From the NCBI GenBank assembly GCA_036229005.1, contig JAZAMN010000071.1:1-64000 (forward strand): a stretch of 64,000 nt of DNA. The letters are read 5' to 3'. The position numbers and the translations under genes are program-made. Each line of letters starts with the position of its first letter. The stretch's first letter is position 1. Positions 52,987 to 62,819 of this stretch are shown here, piece after piece. Below the pieces are notes generated by a model. The model made no database searches and was not told the DNA's origin. It worked only from the letters and a program-made list of their open reading frames with translations. Origin of the DNA: Myxococcota bacterium. GTDB lineage: Bacteria; Myxococcota_A; UBA796; CAJQPC01.

Positions 52987-54987
52987 TCACGGCCCCGCCT
53001 GCACGACCGCGCCCGTGCGCACCGCCTGCTCGGGGACCTGGACCGCAAAGACCTGCCCCCCGACCTGCAAGGCTGCGGTCGGCGCCGTGGTGACCTCGCC
53101 GATGGATCCGGTGGCGTAGGGCACGCGCAGAGACCAGGTCCCGTCGGGGTGGACCTGGGTGAAAGCACGCCACGGCCACCGCTCCTCCCCCCAGGCCAGC
53201 TCCTGCAGGTAGCCGACCTTCTGCCCCGGCTGTCCGTGGCCCTGGAGCACCGCGCCCGGCACCCGCTCGTAGACCCAGGCCCCAGGCAGACCCGGAGCCC
53301 GTAGATCCTGCGCCTGCGCGGCGAACACCAGCCGCAGCCCGTCCACATGCCCGGCCCCCTCTGCGCTGCTTCCGGCCTGCAGGAGCGGGTGCCCGGGGGG
53401 GAGCTCGTGGGACTCGACCAGCAGGTAGCGGTAGGGGCCGCCGTCCATCAGCGCCAAGAGCTCGGGGACGCCGCCCGCGTACATGTCCTGGGTGGCCTGC
53501 CAGCGCTCGACCCCGCCCGCGTAGCTCCCAAAGTGACCGATCGCGGCGGGCTTTTGGCCGATCACCGTGATCCAGTGCCCGTGGTCCCAGAGCCCCAGCA
53601 CGCCGTACTCCGGGGCCTGGGGGTCCACCGGGGGCGTCCCGCGGGCCAGGAAGTGGTAGGCCTCGAAGCTCCAGGGGACCTGGTACTGGCGCGCCTTGGG
53701 GCGCAGGTAGAAGAAGCTCAGGGCGTTGGGGCTGAACAGCAGCAGGCTGAGGCTCGCCAGGGGCAGGAAGCGATGGAGGGAGGGCTTGACGGCGCGTCCC
53801 AGGGCTGCGGCCAACACCCACGCAAGCAGGGGGGCAAAGCTCCAACCAAAGCGGTTCTGGATGCAGGCGAGGACACCGGCTCCCAGGCTGGCCAGCAGCA
53901 ATCCCAGGTGCTCACGTCCCGCCTTGTACGCCAAAAATCCCCACGCAAACGGGAAGGCGTAGAGCCCCCAGCCCAGCATGCGCGCGGGCTGCACCCAGGG
54001 CTGTTGGCTGTGGGAGAACAGGGGCTGCATCTCGGGGATGGAGGCCAGCCAGGGGTCGCCGGTCAGCAGCCACTCCCGCAGCCCGGTCCAGACGAAAGGA
54101 CCCAGCGCCACGCTCCCCACCACGAGGGCGATTCCGCCCCCGCCCAGCAGCAGCCGCCGACGCTCCGGGAGGGTGCGCAGCGCCACCGCCCAGGCCACCG
54201 CCGCCGCCCCCGCGAGCAGCGCCGTGGGGTGGAACGCCGACATCTGCGCGTAGGTGAAGGGTGTGCCCTGGGCGATGCCCATGGCCGTCGCTATCGGGAA
54301 CACCAGCGCGCTGCCCAGAAGCATCCCGCGCACCGGCGCCCAGTCGCCATCCAGCACCGCCCGCAGCCCCAGCGCCGCCATGCCCAGGCCCGCATAGAGC
54401 AGGCCGCCCACCCAGCCCAGGCAGGCCATGGCCAGGCCCCCGGCGACCTCCCAGGGGCGCACCTTGGGGCGCAGCGCCGCCACCGTCAGCCAGAGCAGCG
54501 CGAAGCCCTCCACCGCGTTGTGGTCCAGGCGCGCGAACTGCGTGGCCGCGACGTGCTGGGGGGTGCCCGCGAGCAGCAGCCCGGCCAGCAGCGCCACCCA
54601 GGCTCCGCCGCGCTCCCGGGCCGCCGAGAGCAGCAGCGCGACCGCCCCCACCCCGGCGACCAGGGGGGCCAGCGCCACCGTGAATTCGCCGAGGCCGAAG
54701 GGGCGGCCCAGCGCCATCCACAAGGCCAGCCAGGCGTCCCACCCCGGCGCCCAAGGCACCGGCGCCCCCTCGGGGAAGCCCAGGAAGGGATCCTGCACCG
54801 ACGGGATCCCGTAGGGGGGCGAGAAGAAGCTCGCTGCGCGCCGCAGGTGGTAGGCAGAGTCGGCGTCGGCGGGGACCAATCTCCCCGCGGCAAAGTGCGC
54901 GGCGGGGCTGGCCAGCCGGACCGCAGCGGCCAAGGTGAGCACCGCCCCACAGAGCAGGGGCCATCGCTGGGGCGGGGTCGGAGGCAT
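52987..54987 (-). CDS. STT3/AglB-like oligosaccharyltransferase
   Basis: DADSAYHLRR, DPFLGFPEG, LDHNAVE, SIPEMQPLF and YGVLGLWDHGHWI (WWDxG variant); many TM helices. Confidence 0.82.
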   Translation of the reverse strand: MPPTPPQRWPLLCGAVLTLAAAVRLASPAAHFAAGRLVPADADSAYHLRRAASFFSPPYGIPSVQDPFLGFPEGAPVPWAPGWDAWLALWMALGRPFGLGEFTVALAPLVAGVGAVALLLSAARERGGAWVALLAGLLLAGTPQHVAATQFARLDHNAVEGFALLWLTVAALRPKVRPWEVAGGLAMACLGWVGGLLYAGLGMAALGLRAVLDGDWAPVRGMLLGSALVFPIATAMGIAQGTPFTYAQMSAFHPTALLAGAAAVAWAVALRTLPERRRLLLGGGGIALVVGSVALGPFVWTGLREWLLTGDPWLASIPEMQPLFSHSQQPWVQPARMLGWGLYAFPFAWGFLAYKAGREHLGLLLASLGAGVLACIQNRFGWSFAPLLAWVLAAALGRAVKPSLHRFLPLASLSLLLFSPNALSFFYLRPKARQYQVPWSFEAYHFLARGTPPVDPQAPEYGVLGLWDHGHWITVIGQKPAAIGHFGSYAGGVERWQATQDMYAGGVPELLALMDGGPYRYLLVESHELPPGHPLLQAGSSAEGAGHVDGLRLVFAAQAQDLRAPGLPGAWVYERVPGAVLQGHGQPGQKVGYLQELAWGEERWPWRAFTQVHPDGTWSLRVPYATGSIGEVTTAPTAALQVGGQVFAVQVPEQAVRTGAVVQAGP

Positions 54988-55020
54988 CGGCGTGGCATCA
55001 TACGCGCCGTGCACCCCCCC

Positions 55021-55728
55021 ATGACCGATCCCCTCCTCTCGGTGGTCATCCCCGTCTACAACGAGGCCGCCACCCTGCGCGAGCTCGTGGAGCGCGTGGC
55101 CGACACCCCCTACCGCCTGCAGATCATCTGCGTGGACGACGGCAGCAGCGACGGGAGCTGGGAGATCCTGCAGCAGCTCCAGGACGAGCTGCCCATGCTG
55201 GAGGCCCACCGCCAGCCCGAGAACGCCGGCAAGGGCGCTGCGCTGCGGGCGGGCTTCTCCCACGCCCAGGGCGACCTGGTGCTCATCCAGGACGCCGACC
55301 TGGAGTACGACCCCGTGGACTACCCCGTGCTCCTGGAGCCGCTGCTGGACGGCCGCGCGGATGTGTGCTTTGGAAGCCGCTTTCTTGGCGGCCCACACCG
55401 CGTGCTCAACTTCCACCACTACCTGGGCAACCGGGCGCTGACGGCCCTGAGCAACCTGGCCACCAACCTGAACCTGACGGACATGGAGACCTGCTACAAG
55501 GTCTTCCGCCGCGAGGTGCTGGACGGCATGGTGCTCACCGAAGACCGCTTCGGCTTCGAGCCCGAGTTCACCGCCCGCGTCGCGGCCGGGGGCTTCGCCG
55601 TCTACGAGGTCCCCATCTCCTACTCGGGCCGCACCTACGACGAGGGCAAGAAGATCACCTGGAAGGACGGCGTGCGCGCTCTGCGGGTGATTGTCTCCAC
55701 CCAGGTCCGGCTGCGCCTGGGGCGCTGA
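55021..55728 (+). CDS. DPM1-like GT2 (polyprenol-phosphate glycosyltransferase family)
   Basis: LSVVIPVYNE, VDDGSSDGS, NAGKGAALR, QDADLEYDP, DMETCYK and GKKITWKDG. Confidence 0.92.
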   Translation: MTDPLLSVVIPVYNEAATLRELVERVADTPYRLQIICVDDGSSDGSWEILQQLQDELPMLEAHRQPENAGKGAALRAGFSHAQGDLVLIQDADLEYDPVDYPVLLEPLLDGRADVCFGSRFLGGPHRVLNFHHYLGNRALTALSNLATNLNLTDMETCYKVFRREVLDGMVLTEDRFGFEPEFTARVAAGGFAVYEVPISYSGRTYDEGKKITWKDGVRALRVIVSTQVRLRLGR

Positions 55729-55808
55729 ACCCCCGCCCGGCTGGGCCCTGGCCTGTAAAAGAGAGGGCTGACCCCCTATACTCCCCCGGTTCCCCGCCCG
55801 GAGAGTGA

Positions 55809-58241
55809 ATGCACCTGCTCGCGCCGCTGCTGCTGGCCGCCCCCGCCTTCGCCCAGGAGACCGCCCCAGAGGCGCCCGCTCCCGAGGCCACCCAGGCCGC
55901 CGAGGCGCCACCCCCTGAGGCCCCCGCCTCCTTCGGGGACCGCGCAGACGCCGCCTTCGGCAAGTGGGTCGTGGGCCCCCTCGCGAGCGTGATGTTCTTC
56001 GACCTCTACCGGGGCGACGAGACCCTGGACGTGGACCCCAAGCACGTCGGCAAGGTCGTGGATGGGCGCCAGATCCTGGGCATCGAGGGCGAGCACTTCG
56101 TCCTGGCCCCCGTGGTCGAGCTGGAGCTCCCCCAGGCCTTCCCCATGTACCCGGAGCTCGAACTCCAGGGCGACGGCCCCGCCCGCTGGGGCTACCTCTC
56201 CCGCGAGGCCGACCACGTCCCCTACACCCTGCTGGTGGTCCAGGAGACCGAGATCTCCGCGGAGCAGGCCGGCGAGCTGGTCCCCCTGTCGGCGTTCGAC
56301 GGCGCCCTCAAGGCAGAGCCGCGGCTGAGTGATGAAGACGCACACTTCGTCTCCACCGCTCTGGCCCCCTTCCCCCTCGTGCTCGCCCAGACCCGCTCCA
56401 CCAGCGAGGACACCGGTGCGGAGACCAGCCCGGACACCGTGGACCCCAGCCGCCCCCTGCGGGTGCTCCCCCTGGAGCTCCCCGCCCCCGAGCAGCGCCC
56501 GGAGCTGTCCATCGGCGGCAGCATCCTCACCCTCCAGGGCCCCGCCAAGGTCCTGAGCATCGACGGCGACCAGGTCATCGCCCAGACCGGCCCCGCCGCC
56601 GTCGAGACCGAGCCCGTCGCCAACACCCGCGCCATCACCCTGCCGGTGGTCGTGGTCTGGCTGGTGCTGGGCGCCATCTTCTTCACCCTGCGCATGAACT
56701 TCATCAACCTGCGCGGCGTGGGGCACGCCATCTCCGTCACCAAGGGCGACTACGACAACGAGGAGGATGAGGGCGAGATCTCCCACTTCCAGGCCCTCAG
56801 CTCCGCCCTGTCCGCCACCGTCGGCCTGGGCAACATCGCCGGCGTGGCCGTGGCCGTGGCCGCCGGCGGTCCCGGCGCCATCTTCTGGATGATCGTGGCC
56901 GGCTTCCTGGGCATGTCCAGCAAGTTCGCCGAGTGCACCCTGGGCCAGATGTACCGGGTGACCGACGCCAACGGGAACGTCAGCGGCGGCCCCATGCGCT
57001 ACCTGAGCGCCGGCCTGCAGGAGAAGGGCATGGGGGGCCTGGGCAAGGTCCTGGCCGTGATGTTCGCGCTGATGTGCGTGGGCGGCAGCTTCGGCGGCGG
57101 CAACATGTTCCAGTCCAACCAGAGCTACCAGGCCGTGGCCGACGTGGTCCCCGTGCTGGCCCCCAAGGCCGAGGGCGAGGTCCGCTTCGAGCGCACCCGC
57201 GCCGAGGTCGATGTGGTCGTGCCCAAGAAGACCGCCCTGACGGTCGGCGACCACAGCTACGTGACCCTCAAGGAGGTCACCGTCCCCGCCGGCGAGCTCA
57301 GCTCTCCCCCCGTCAAGGTCCGGGCCCTCCAGGCCAGCGAGGCCAGCAACCTGGCCGACGGCGCCGCGCTCTCCGTGAGCGTCGTGGGCGTCAGCGGCGC
57401 GGTGGCCACCGGCGAGATCGACGGCGGGGCCGCTCCCCGCGCCTGGCTCTACGGCCTGATCATCAGCTTCGTGGTCGGCCTGGTCATCATCGGCGGCATC
57501 AAGTCCATCGGCAAGGTCGCGGGCGTCATCGTGCCCGTGATGACCGGCGTCTACGTGCTGGCGGCCATCTGGATCCTGGTGGCCAACGCCGACCAGATCG
57601 GAGCCGCCTTCGGCACCATCGTGGGCGGCGCCTTCACCATGAAGGCCGGCTTCGGCGGCCTGCTGGGCACCCTGATCCAGGGCTTCCGCCGCGCCGCCTT
57701 CTCCAACGAGGCCGGCGTGGGCTCCGCGTCCATCGCCCACTCGGCGGCCAGCACCGACGAGCCCGTACGCGAGGGCATCGTCGCCCTGCTCGAGCCCCTG
57801 ATCGACACCATCATCGTGTGCACCATGACCGGCCTGGTGGTGGTCATCACCGGGGTCTACGAGTCGGACGTGGGCGACGGCGTGCTGATGACCTCGGCGG
57901 CGTTCGAGAGTGTCCTGGACTGGTTCCCGCTCATCCTGTCCCTGGCGGTGGTCCTGTTCGCGTTCAGCACCATGATCAGCTGGTCCTACTACGGAGAGCG
58001 GAGCTGGACCTTCCTCTTTGGGGCGCGCAGCTCCATGGTCTACAAGCTGCTCTTCCTCTTCTTCGCCTTCCTGGGCTCGGTCATCAAGCTGCAGTCCGTG
58101 CTGGACTTCTCGGACCTGATGATCCTGGGCATGGCCTTCCCCAACATCCTGGGCGTCGCCCTGCTCTCCGGCAAGGTCCGGGCCGCCCTGGACGACTACT
58201 GGGGCCGCCTCAAGCGCGGCGAGATGAAGCCGGTGAACTGA
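55809..58241 (+). CDS. Alanine/glycine:cation symporter (AGCS) with large N-terminal extension and internal insert
   Basis: ATVGLGNIAGVA, GGPGAIFWM, GGPMRY, FSNEAGVGSA and WSYYGE. Confidence 0.93.
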   Translation: MHLLAPLLLAAPAFAQETAPEAPAPEATQAAEAPPPEAPASFGDRADAAFGKWVVGPLASVMFFDLYRGDETLDVDPKHVGKVVDGRQILGIEGEHFVLAPVVELELPQAFPMYPELELQGDGPARWGYLSREADHVPYTLLVVQETEISAEQAGELVPLSAFDGALKAEPRLSDEDAHFVSTALAPFPLVLAQTRSTSEDTGAETSPDTVDPSRPLRVLPLELPAPEQRPELSIGGSILTLQGPAKVLSIDGDQVIAQTGPAAVETEPVANTRAITLPVVVVWLVLGAIFFTLRMNFINLRGVGHAISVTKGDYDNEEDEGEISHFQALSSALSATVGLGNIAGVAVAVAAGGPGAIFWMIVAGFLGMSSKFAECTLGQMYRVTDANGNVSGGPMRYLSAGLQEKGMGGLGKVLAVMFALMCVGGSFGGGNMFQSNQSYQAVADVVPVLAPKAEGEVRFERTRAEVDVVVPKKTALTVGDHSYVTLKEVTVPAGELSSPPVKVRALQASEASNLADGAALSVSVVGVSGAVATGEIDGGAAPRAWLYGLIISFVVGLVIIGGIKSIGKVAGVIVPVMTGVYVLAAIWILVANADQIGAAFGTIVGGAFTMKAGFGGLLGTLIQGFRRAAFSNEAGVGSASIAHSAASTDEPVREGIVALLEPLIDTIIVCTMTGLVVVITGVYESDVGDGVLMTSAAFESVLDWFPLILSLAVVLFAFSTMISWSYYGERSWTFLFGARSSMVYKLLFLFFAFLGSVIKLQSVLDFSDLMILGMAFPNILGVALLSGKVRAALDDYWGRLKRGEMKPVN

Positions 58242-59753
58242 GTGGAAGGGACCGTCTGGGCGCTGCTGCCCGCCCTGGCCGCCGTGGCGCTCGCCCTGAG
58301 CACCCGCAACGTCATCCTCAGCCTCTTCTCGGCCTGCTGGCTGGCGGGGGTCCTGCTCACCAAGAGCCTCTTTGGCGGGCTCTACCAGGTGGTGGACCCC
58401 TGGCTGCTGGACGCCATCGCCGACCGCGACCACGTCAAGGTCACCCTCTTCTCGCTCTTCGTGGCCGCCATGGTGGGCATCCTGGGCAAGTCCGGGGGCA
58501 CCACCGCGCTGGTCCAGCAGCTCATCCGCATCGCCACCACCCGGCGCCGGGGCATGGTCGCCACCTGGCTGGCCGGCATGGTCGTGTTCTTTGACGACTA
58601 CGCCAACTGCCTGATCGTGGGCAGCTCCATGCAGGCCCTGTCGGATCGGCTGGGGATCAGCAGAGAGAAGCTCTCCTACCTTGTGGACTCCACCGCTGCG
58701 CCCATCGCGTCGGTCGCGCTCGTCAGCACCTGGATTGGCTACGAGGTCGGGCTGATGGGGGACGGCTTGTTGGCGGCCGGGGTCACGGACGTGGAGCCCT
58801 ACGGCTTCTTCGTGGAGGGCATCCCCTACCGCTTCTACTCGCTGTTCACCATCGTGTTCGTGGGGGCCATCGCCTTCTCCGGCCGGGACTTCGGGCCCAT
58901 GCTGGAGGCCGAGCGCCGCCAGGCCCAGCGCAGCGACAGCGCCGAGCTCCCCGAGCCCGAGCCCGCGTGGAAGGCCCTGCTGGCCGTGGTCCCCATCCTG
59001 ACCCTGCTGGCGGTGACCGGCGTGATCCTGTGGATCGACGGCAGCGCGGGGGCCCCCCAAGGCGCCCGGCTCTTCGAGATCCTGGGCGGCGCGGACGGCT
59101 ACGACGCGATGCTCAAGGGCTCCCTGGCCGGCATGCTGGTCGCCGCCCTGATGGCCCTGGCCACCCGCGCCATGGACCTCAAGGCCACCTTCGACGCCGG
59201 CCTGGAGGGCATGGGCCAGCTCTTCGAGGCCCTGGCCGTGCTCTTCCTGGCCTGGAGCCTGGGCACCGCCATGGGCGAGCTGGAGGCCGCCGCCTTCCTG
59301 GTGGACCTGCTCCAGGGCAGCCTGCCCGCCGCGTGGCTGCCCACCGCCGTGTTCGTCGTGAGCGCCGCGACCGCCTTCGCCACCGGCACCAGCTTCGGCA
59401 CCATGGGCATCGTCATGCCCATCGCCCTGCCCCTGTCCTTCGCCCTCTCGGACGACCCCATCATCGCCCTGGCCGCCAGCGGCGCGGTGCTCTCCGGGGC
59501 CTGCTGGGGCGACCACTGCAGCCCCATCTCGGACACCACCATCCTCTCCAGCGTGGGCGCCGGCTGCGAGGTCGACAAGCACGTCAAGACCCAGCTCCCC
59601 TACGCCATCGCCTCCGGGCTTATCGCGGTGGCCCTGGGCACCATCCCCGTGGGCTTCGGCGTCCCGGTGTGGGTGGTCGTGCCCCTGGGCTGCGTGGCCT
59701 GTGTGGCGCTCGTGCTGCTGGTGGGACGCAAGCCCGCCGCTGCGCGCGCATGA
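58242..59753 (+). CDS. NhaC-family Na+/H+ antiporter-like transporter
   Basis: FFDDYAN, VDSTAAP, ATGTSFGT and GDHCSPISDTTILSS. Confidence 0.92.
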   Translation: MEGTVWALLPALAAVALALSTRNVILSLFSACWLAGVLLTKSLFGGLYQVVDPWLLDAIADRDHVKVTLFSLFVAAMVGILGKSGGTTALVQQLIRIATTRRRGMVATWLAGMVVFFDDYANCLIVGSSMQALSDRLGISREKLSYLVDSTAAPIASVALVSTWIGYEVGLMGDGLLAAGVTDVEPYGFFVEGIPYRFYSLFTIVFVGAIAFSGRDFGPMLEAERRQAQRSDSAELPEPEPAWKALLAVVPILTLLAVTGVILWIDGSAGAPQGARLFEILGGADGYDAMLKGSLAGMLVAALMALATRAMDLKATFDAGLEGMGQLFEALAVLFLAWSLGTAMGELEAAAFLVDLLQGSLPAAWLPTAVFVVSAATAFATGTSFGTMGIVMPIALPLSFALSDDPIIALAASGAVLSGACWGDHCSPISDTTILSSVGAGCEVDKHVKTQLPYAIASGLIAVALGTIPVGFGVPVWVVVPLGCVACVALVLLVGRKPAAARA

Positions 59754-59830
59754 GGGGAATCCGCAAGGCCAAACGAAAGATCCAGGCCCCATCGCCGTTG
59801 TAGAGTGGACAGGCACCGGGGACTCCCACC

Positions 59831-61300
59831 ATGGCCCAGCAGTACCGTCAGACCCAGACCCCCGCCGCGGCCCCCGAGGCGGCGCACGCCGGTCACGACC
59901 ACGGCCACGACCACGGCCACACCCACGGGAACGCGGCGGCGCAGGAAGACCTCCTGGGCGGCGCCCGCAGCAACGCCCCGGCCAGCCGGGAGGCCGCTCT
60001 TCGGCGTCACGCTGACAACCGCGCGCGCATGAACAGCGTGCTGGGCCGAATGCTCGCGCGGAACCCCGGCTCGGACGATCATGACGAGCTGATGGAGCGC
60101 AACAGCGCGGAGTGGATCAACAACGGCGAGGCCCGGGCCGTCGTCCTCACCCCCATCCACGACGCCCACGAGCGCCCCGGGGTCCCCGCCGGCAAGGACG
60201 CCTTCTTCGATGGGCGCAAGGCCTTCCACGAAGACGGCGCCACCTACTCGACCAACGTCAACGACATGAGCGGCATCGAGCTCAAGAACCCGGGGGCGGG
60301 CGGCACCATGTCCAACGACGGGCGCACCCTGACCGTCATCGACCCCGAGCAGTGGAACAGCGACACCACCCTGATCGACGTGATCGTCCACGAGGTCCAG
60401 CACGACGCCGACCAGCACGGCCAGGGTCAGGTCTGGGAGTTCGACCGCCCCGCTGCCGTGGCCGGGCAGGCCGACCGAGCCCCGGACTGGTGCTACAACA
60501 GCTACGCCTCCGAGTTCCGCGCCTACTGGACCATGAACGAGGAGGGCTCTCGCGGGGACGCCTTCGCCCGCTCCAGCAACACGCGGGTCTCCAACTTCAA
60601 CGTGACCGCGGTCCATGGCGGCCAGAGCCACACCGTGCAGACGAACTTCTCCAACAAGCGCCAGCAGGAGATCTTCGAGCACATGTACAAGGAGATCGTC
60701 GGCCACCAGTACAAGGTCAACGGCCAGTGGGTCGCGGTCAACTACGCCTACCTGCCGCACTACTACGCCACCGATCCCGCCTTCAAGGCCTTCATCGACG
60801 GCCTCACCCAGCCCACCGGCGGCAACCTCATCAACTCGGTGCGCATCCAGAACCTCTCCGAGCGCATCCAGCGCGGCAGCCTGGAGCCCGAGCTCTCCCA
60901 GCTCGACGCCCACGACCGCCGCTTCTTGGCCGACCAGACCGCCTCCGCCGAGTTCTGGTCCCACGCCAGTGGGCGCCTGAGCCGCTCTGAGCAGGCCACC
61001 CTCCAGGCCGCCGTGTTCGGCACCGCGACCCCCGCCGCCGCCACCAGCACCGCAGCCGCCGCGCCGCAGATGAGCACCGCCGAGCTCGAGGCCGCCACCC
61101 GCGCCTCCGCCGGTGGTGGCGCCACCCCCCAGCAGAGCGGCGTACAGATCAGCGTCGGCGCCGGAGACACCCTGGGCAGCCTCGCCGCGCGCCACCTGGG
61201 CAGCAGCAGCCGCTGGCAGGAGCTCTACGCCGCGAACACCGACATCATCGGCAGCGACCCCAACCGCCTCCAGGTGGGCATGCGCCTGCGCCTGCCGTGA
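59831..61300 (+). CDS. HEXXH metallopeptidase-like protein with C-terminal LysM domain
   Basis: IVHEVQH..SEFRAY; LysM VGAGDTLGSLAARHLG..WQELYAAN..DPNRLQVGMRLRLP; His-rich N-terminus. Confidence 0.8.
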   Translation: MAQQYRQTQTPAAAPEAAHAGHDHGHDHGHTHGNAAAQEDLLGGARSNAPASREAALRRHADNRARMNSVLGRMLARNPGSDDHDELMERNSAEWINNGEARAVVLTPIHDAHERPGVPAGKDAFFDGRKAFHEDGATYSTNVNDMSGIELKNPGAGGTMSNDGRTLTVIDPEQWNSDTTLIDVIVHEVQHDADQHGQGQVWEFDRPAAVAGQADRAPDWCYNSYASEFRAYWTMNEEGSRGDAFARSSNTRVSNFNVTAVHGGQSHTVQTNFSNKRQQEIFEHMYKEIVGHQYKVNGQWVAVNYAYLPHYYATDPAFKAFIDGLTQPTGGNLINSVRIQNLSERIQRGSLEPELSQLDAHDRRFLADQTASAEFWSHASGRLSRSEQATLQAAVFGTATPAAATSTAAAAPQMSTAELEAATRASAGGGATPQQSGVQISVGAGDTLGSLAARHLGSSSRWQELYAANTDIIGSDPNRLQVGMRLRLP

Positions 61301-61650
61301 GCTGGCTGCTGCTGCTGGCCTGCCACCGCCAGGACCCGCCCATGATGCAGCCCAAGCCCCTGGACCCCGCCCCGGTGACCTCGCCGGCGGAGCAGAGCCT
61401 CACGCTCGTGCGCGGGGAGCCCCAGGCCCTGCTCGGTGGGCAAGTGATCCTGGAGCAGGCCACAGCCTCCTCCACCTTCGTCCACGACTGGGAGGAGGTC
61501 ACCACCCCCGCCTTCGGCACTCTGCGCTTTGAGCGCGACGGAAAGGTCGAAACCGTCGACTTCGAGCAGGACGCCACCCTCCACGTCTGGGGACGACAGA
61601 TGGTGGTGCGGGGACCCCAGGGCGATCAGCTCGTCGTGCTGAGCGACTGA
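61297..61650 (+). CDS. Small lipoprotein coupled to the LysM gene
   Basis: MSWLLLLAC; GTGA overlap with the upstream stop. Confidence 0.6.
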   Translation: MSWLLLLACHRQDPPMMQPKPLDPAPVTSPAEQSLTLVRGEPQALLGGQVILEQATASSTFVHDWEEVTTPAFGTLRFERDGKVETVDFEQDATLHVWGRQMVVRGPQGDQLVVLSD

Positions 61651-62819
61651 GCCCGCCAGGCCCGCCACAGCGCGGCCTCATCCCAGGGCGTGCTCGCCGT
61701 CATCGGGACCTCCCGGTGGTAGCGGGCCATCTCCACTGCGAAGCCCGCGTCGTCCCGCTCGAACCACTGGGCCGCCTGAACGTCTCCGTGGATCAGGCGC
61801 TCGAAGCGGAGGCGGAGGACCAGGCGACATGCGATCCCAAACCCCTGGGGATCCAGGCCCGCCGGGACCTCTCTGCACCTGTAGGCCCGCGCGAGGTGCG
61901 GCTCGGTCAGCCCGACCTCGTTCTCGTCCAGGAGTTCAAGTGCGGCGTTCAAGCTGCCTTGTTGTGGCTGCCCCAGGGGCAGCCCATGGTGGACCGAGAG
62001 CTCCCGGGCGCGCTGCAGCTCCTCCCTCAAGCGGGGGATCTCGGGGGCGCCGAAGCTGCCCTCCACGCGCTCCAAGGTGACGCCGCGCAGGCCAGGACAG
62101 CGGGGCAGGACCTGCTCCAGCAGCGCCCAGACGGGCTCGGGGATGGCGTCGTCGTGGGAGTCCAGGCGGCGGCGGCGGTCGGGGCTCCAGGCGGGGGGCG
62201 CGTCCTTGCCGCCGGAGATGTGGATCTCGATCACGCGGTCCAGGGGGGCGGCGTCGAGCCAGGCCTGGGGGGACTCGCCGGCGTTGATGGCGCCGGTCCA
62301 GAGGTTGTGGACGTCCAGCAGCAGGTGGTGCTCCTGGCCCAGGGACTCGCCCAGAGCGCGGGCCTCGTCGGCCATGGGGCCGGGCCAGGCGTAGACGGCG
62401 GAGTTCTCCACGGCGGCGGTCCCGACCAGGGCCCGCAGGTAGCCCAGGCGGCGGCGGAGTCGGGCGGGGGGTGCGTCGATGGGGACGGGCAGGCCCACGT
62501 GCTCGCTGCCCAGCTTGACGGCGCCCAGGTGGTCGGAGGCCCACAGGAAGCGGAAGATGGCGTGGTCGCGGGCCAGGGCGCGCAGGTGTTCGGGCCAGTG
62601 GCCGCCCTCGGCCCCGCAGAGGTTGGCGGCGACCCCGTGGGCCACGAAGGGCAGCGCCCCGGCGAGCTGCGCCAGGATGCCGTGGAAGGCGTTGGGCGCC
62701 CGGCCCGGCCCCCACAGGGTCTCCGGGGTCACCCCGCCGTAGTCGATGTCGTCCAGCAGGGGCTCCAGCAGGGCCAGGGCCTGCCGGTCCGGGGGGAACA
62801 TCAGGCCGACGGCGGCCAC
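61626..62819 (-). CDS. DUF692 / multinuclear non-heme iron oxidative enzyme (MNIO) with C-terminal extension
   Basis: HGV, WASDHL, VEN, LLDVHNL, EIHISGG, LDSHD and TLER in the DUF692 order. Confidence 0.88.
   Translation of the reverse strand: MAAVGLMFPPDRQALALLEPLLDDIDYGGVTPETLWGPGRAPNAFHGILAQLAGALPFVAHGVAANLCGAEGGHWPEHLRALARDHAIFRFLWASDHLGAVKLGSEHVGLPVPIDAPPARLRRRLGYLRALVGTAAVENSAVYAWPGPMADEARALGESLGQEHHLLLDVHNLWTGAINAGESPQAWLDAAPLDRVIEIHISGGKDAPPAWSPDRRRRLDSHDDAIPEPVWALLEQVLPRCPGLRGVTLERVEGSFGAPEIPRLREELQRARELSVHHGLPLGQPQQGSLNAALELLDENEVGLTEPHLARAYRCREVPAGLDPQGFGIACRLVLRLRFERLIHGDVQAAQWFERDDAGFAVEMARYHREVPMTASTPWDEAALWRAWRAQSLSTTS

Noticed and set aside
57160..61300. Prophage or contractile injection system locus
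   Set aside because: Only a baseplate-like insert and a LysM protein are present; there are no sheath, tube, spike or integrase genes in the window.
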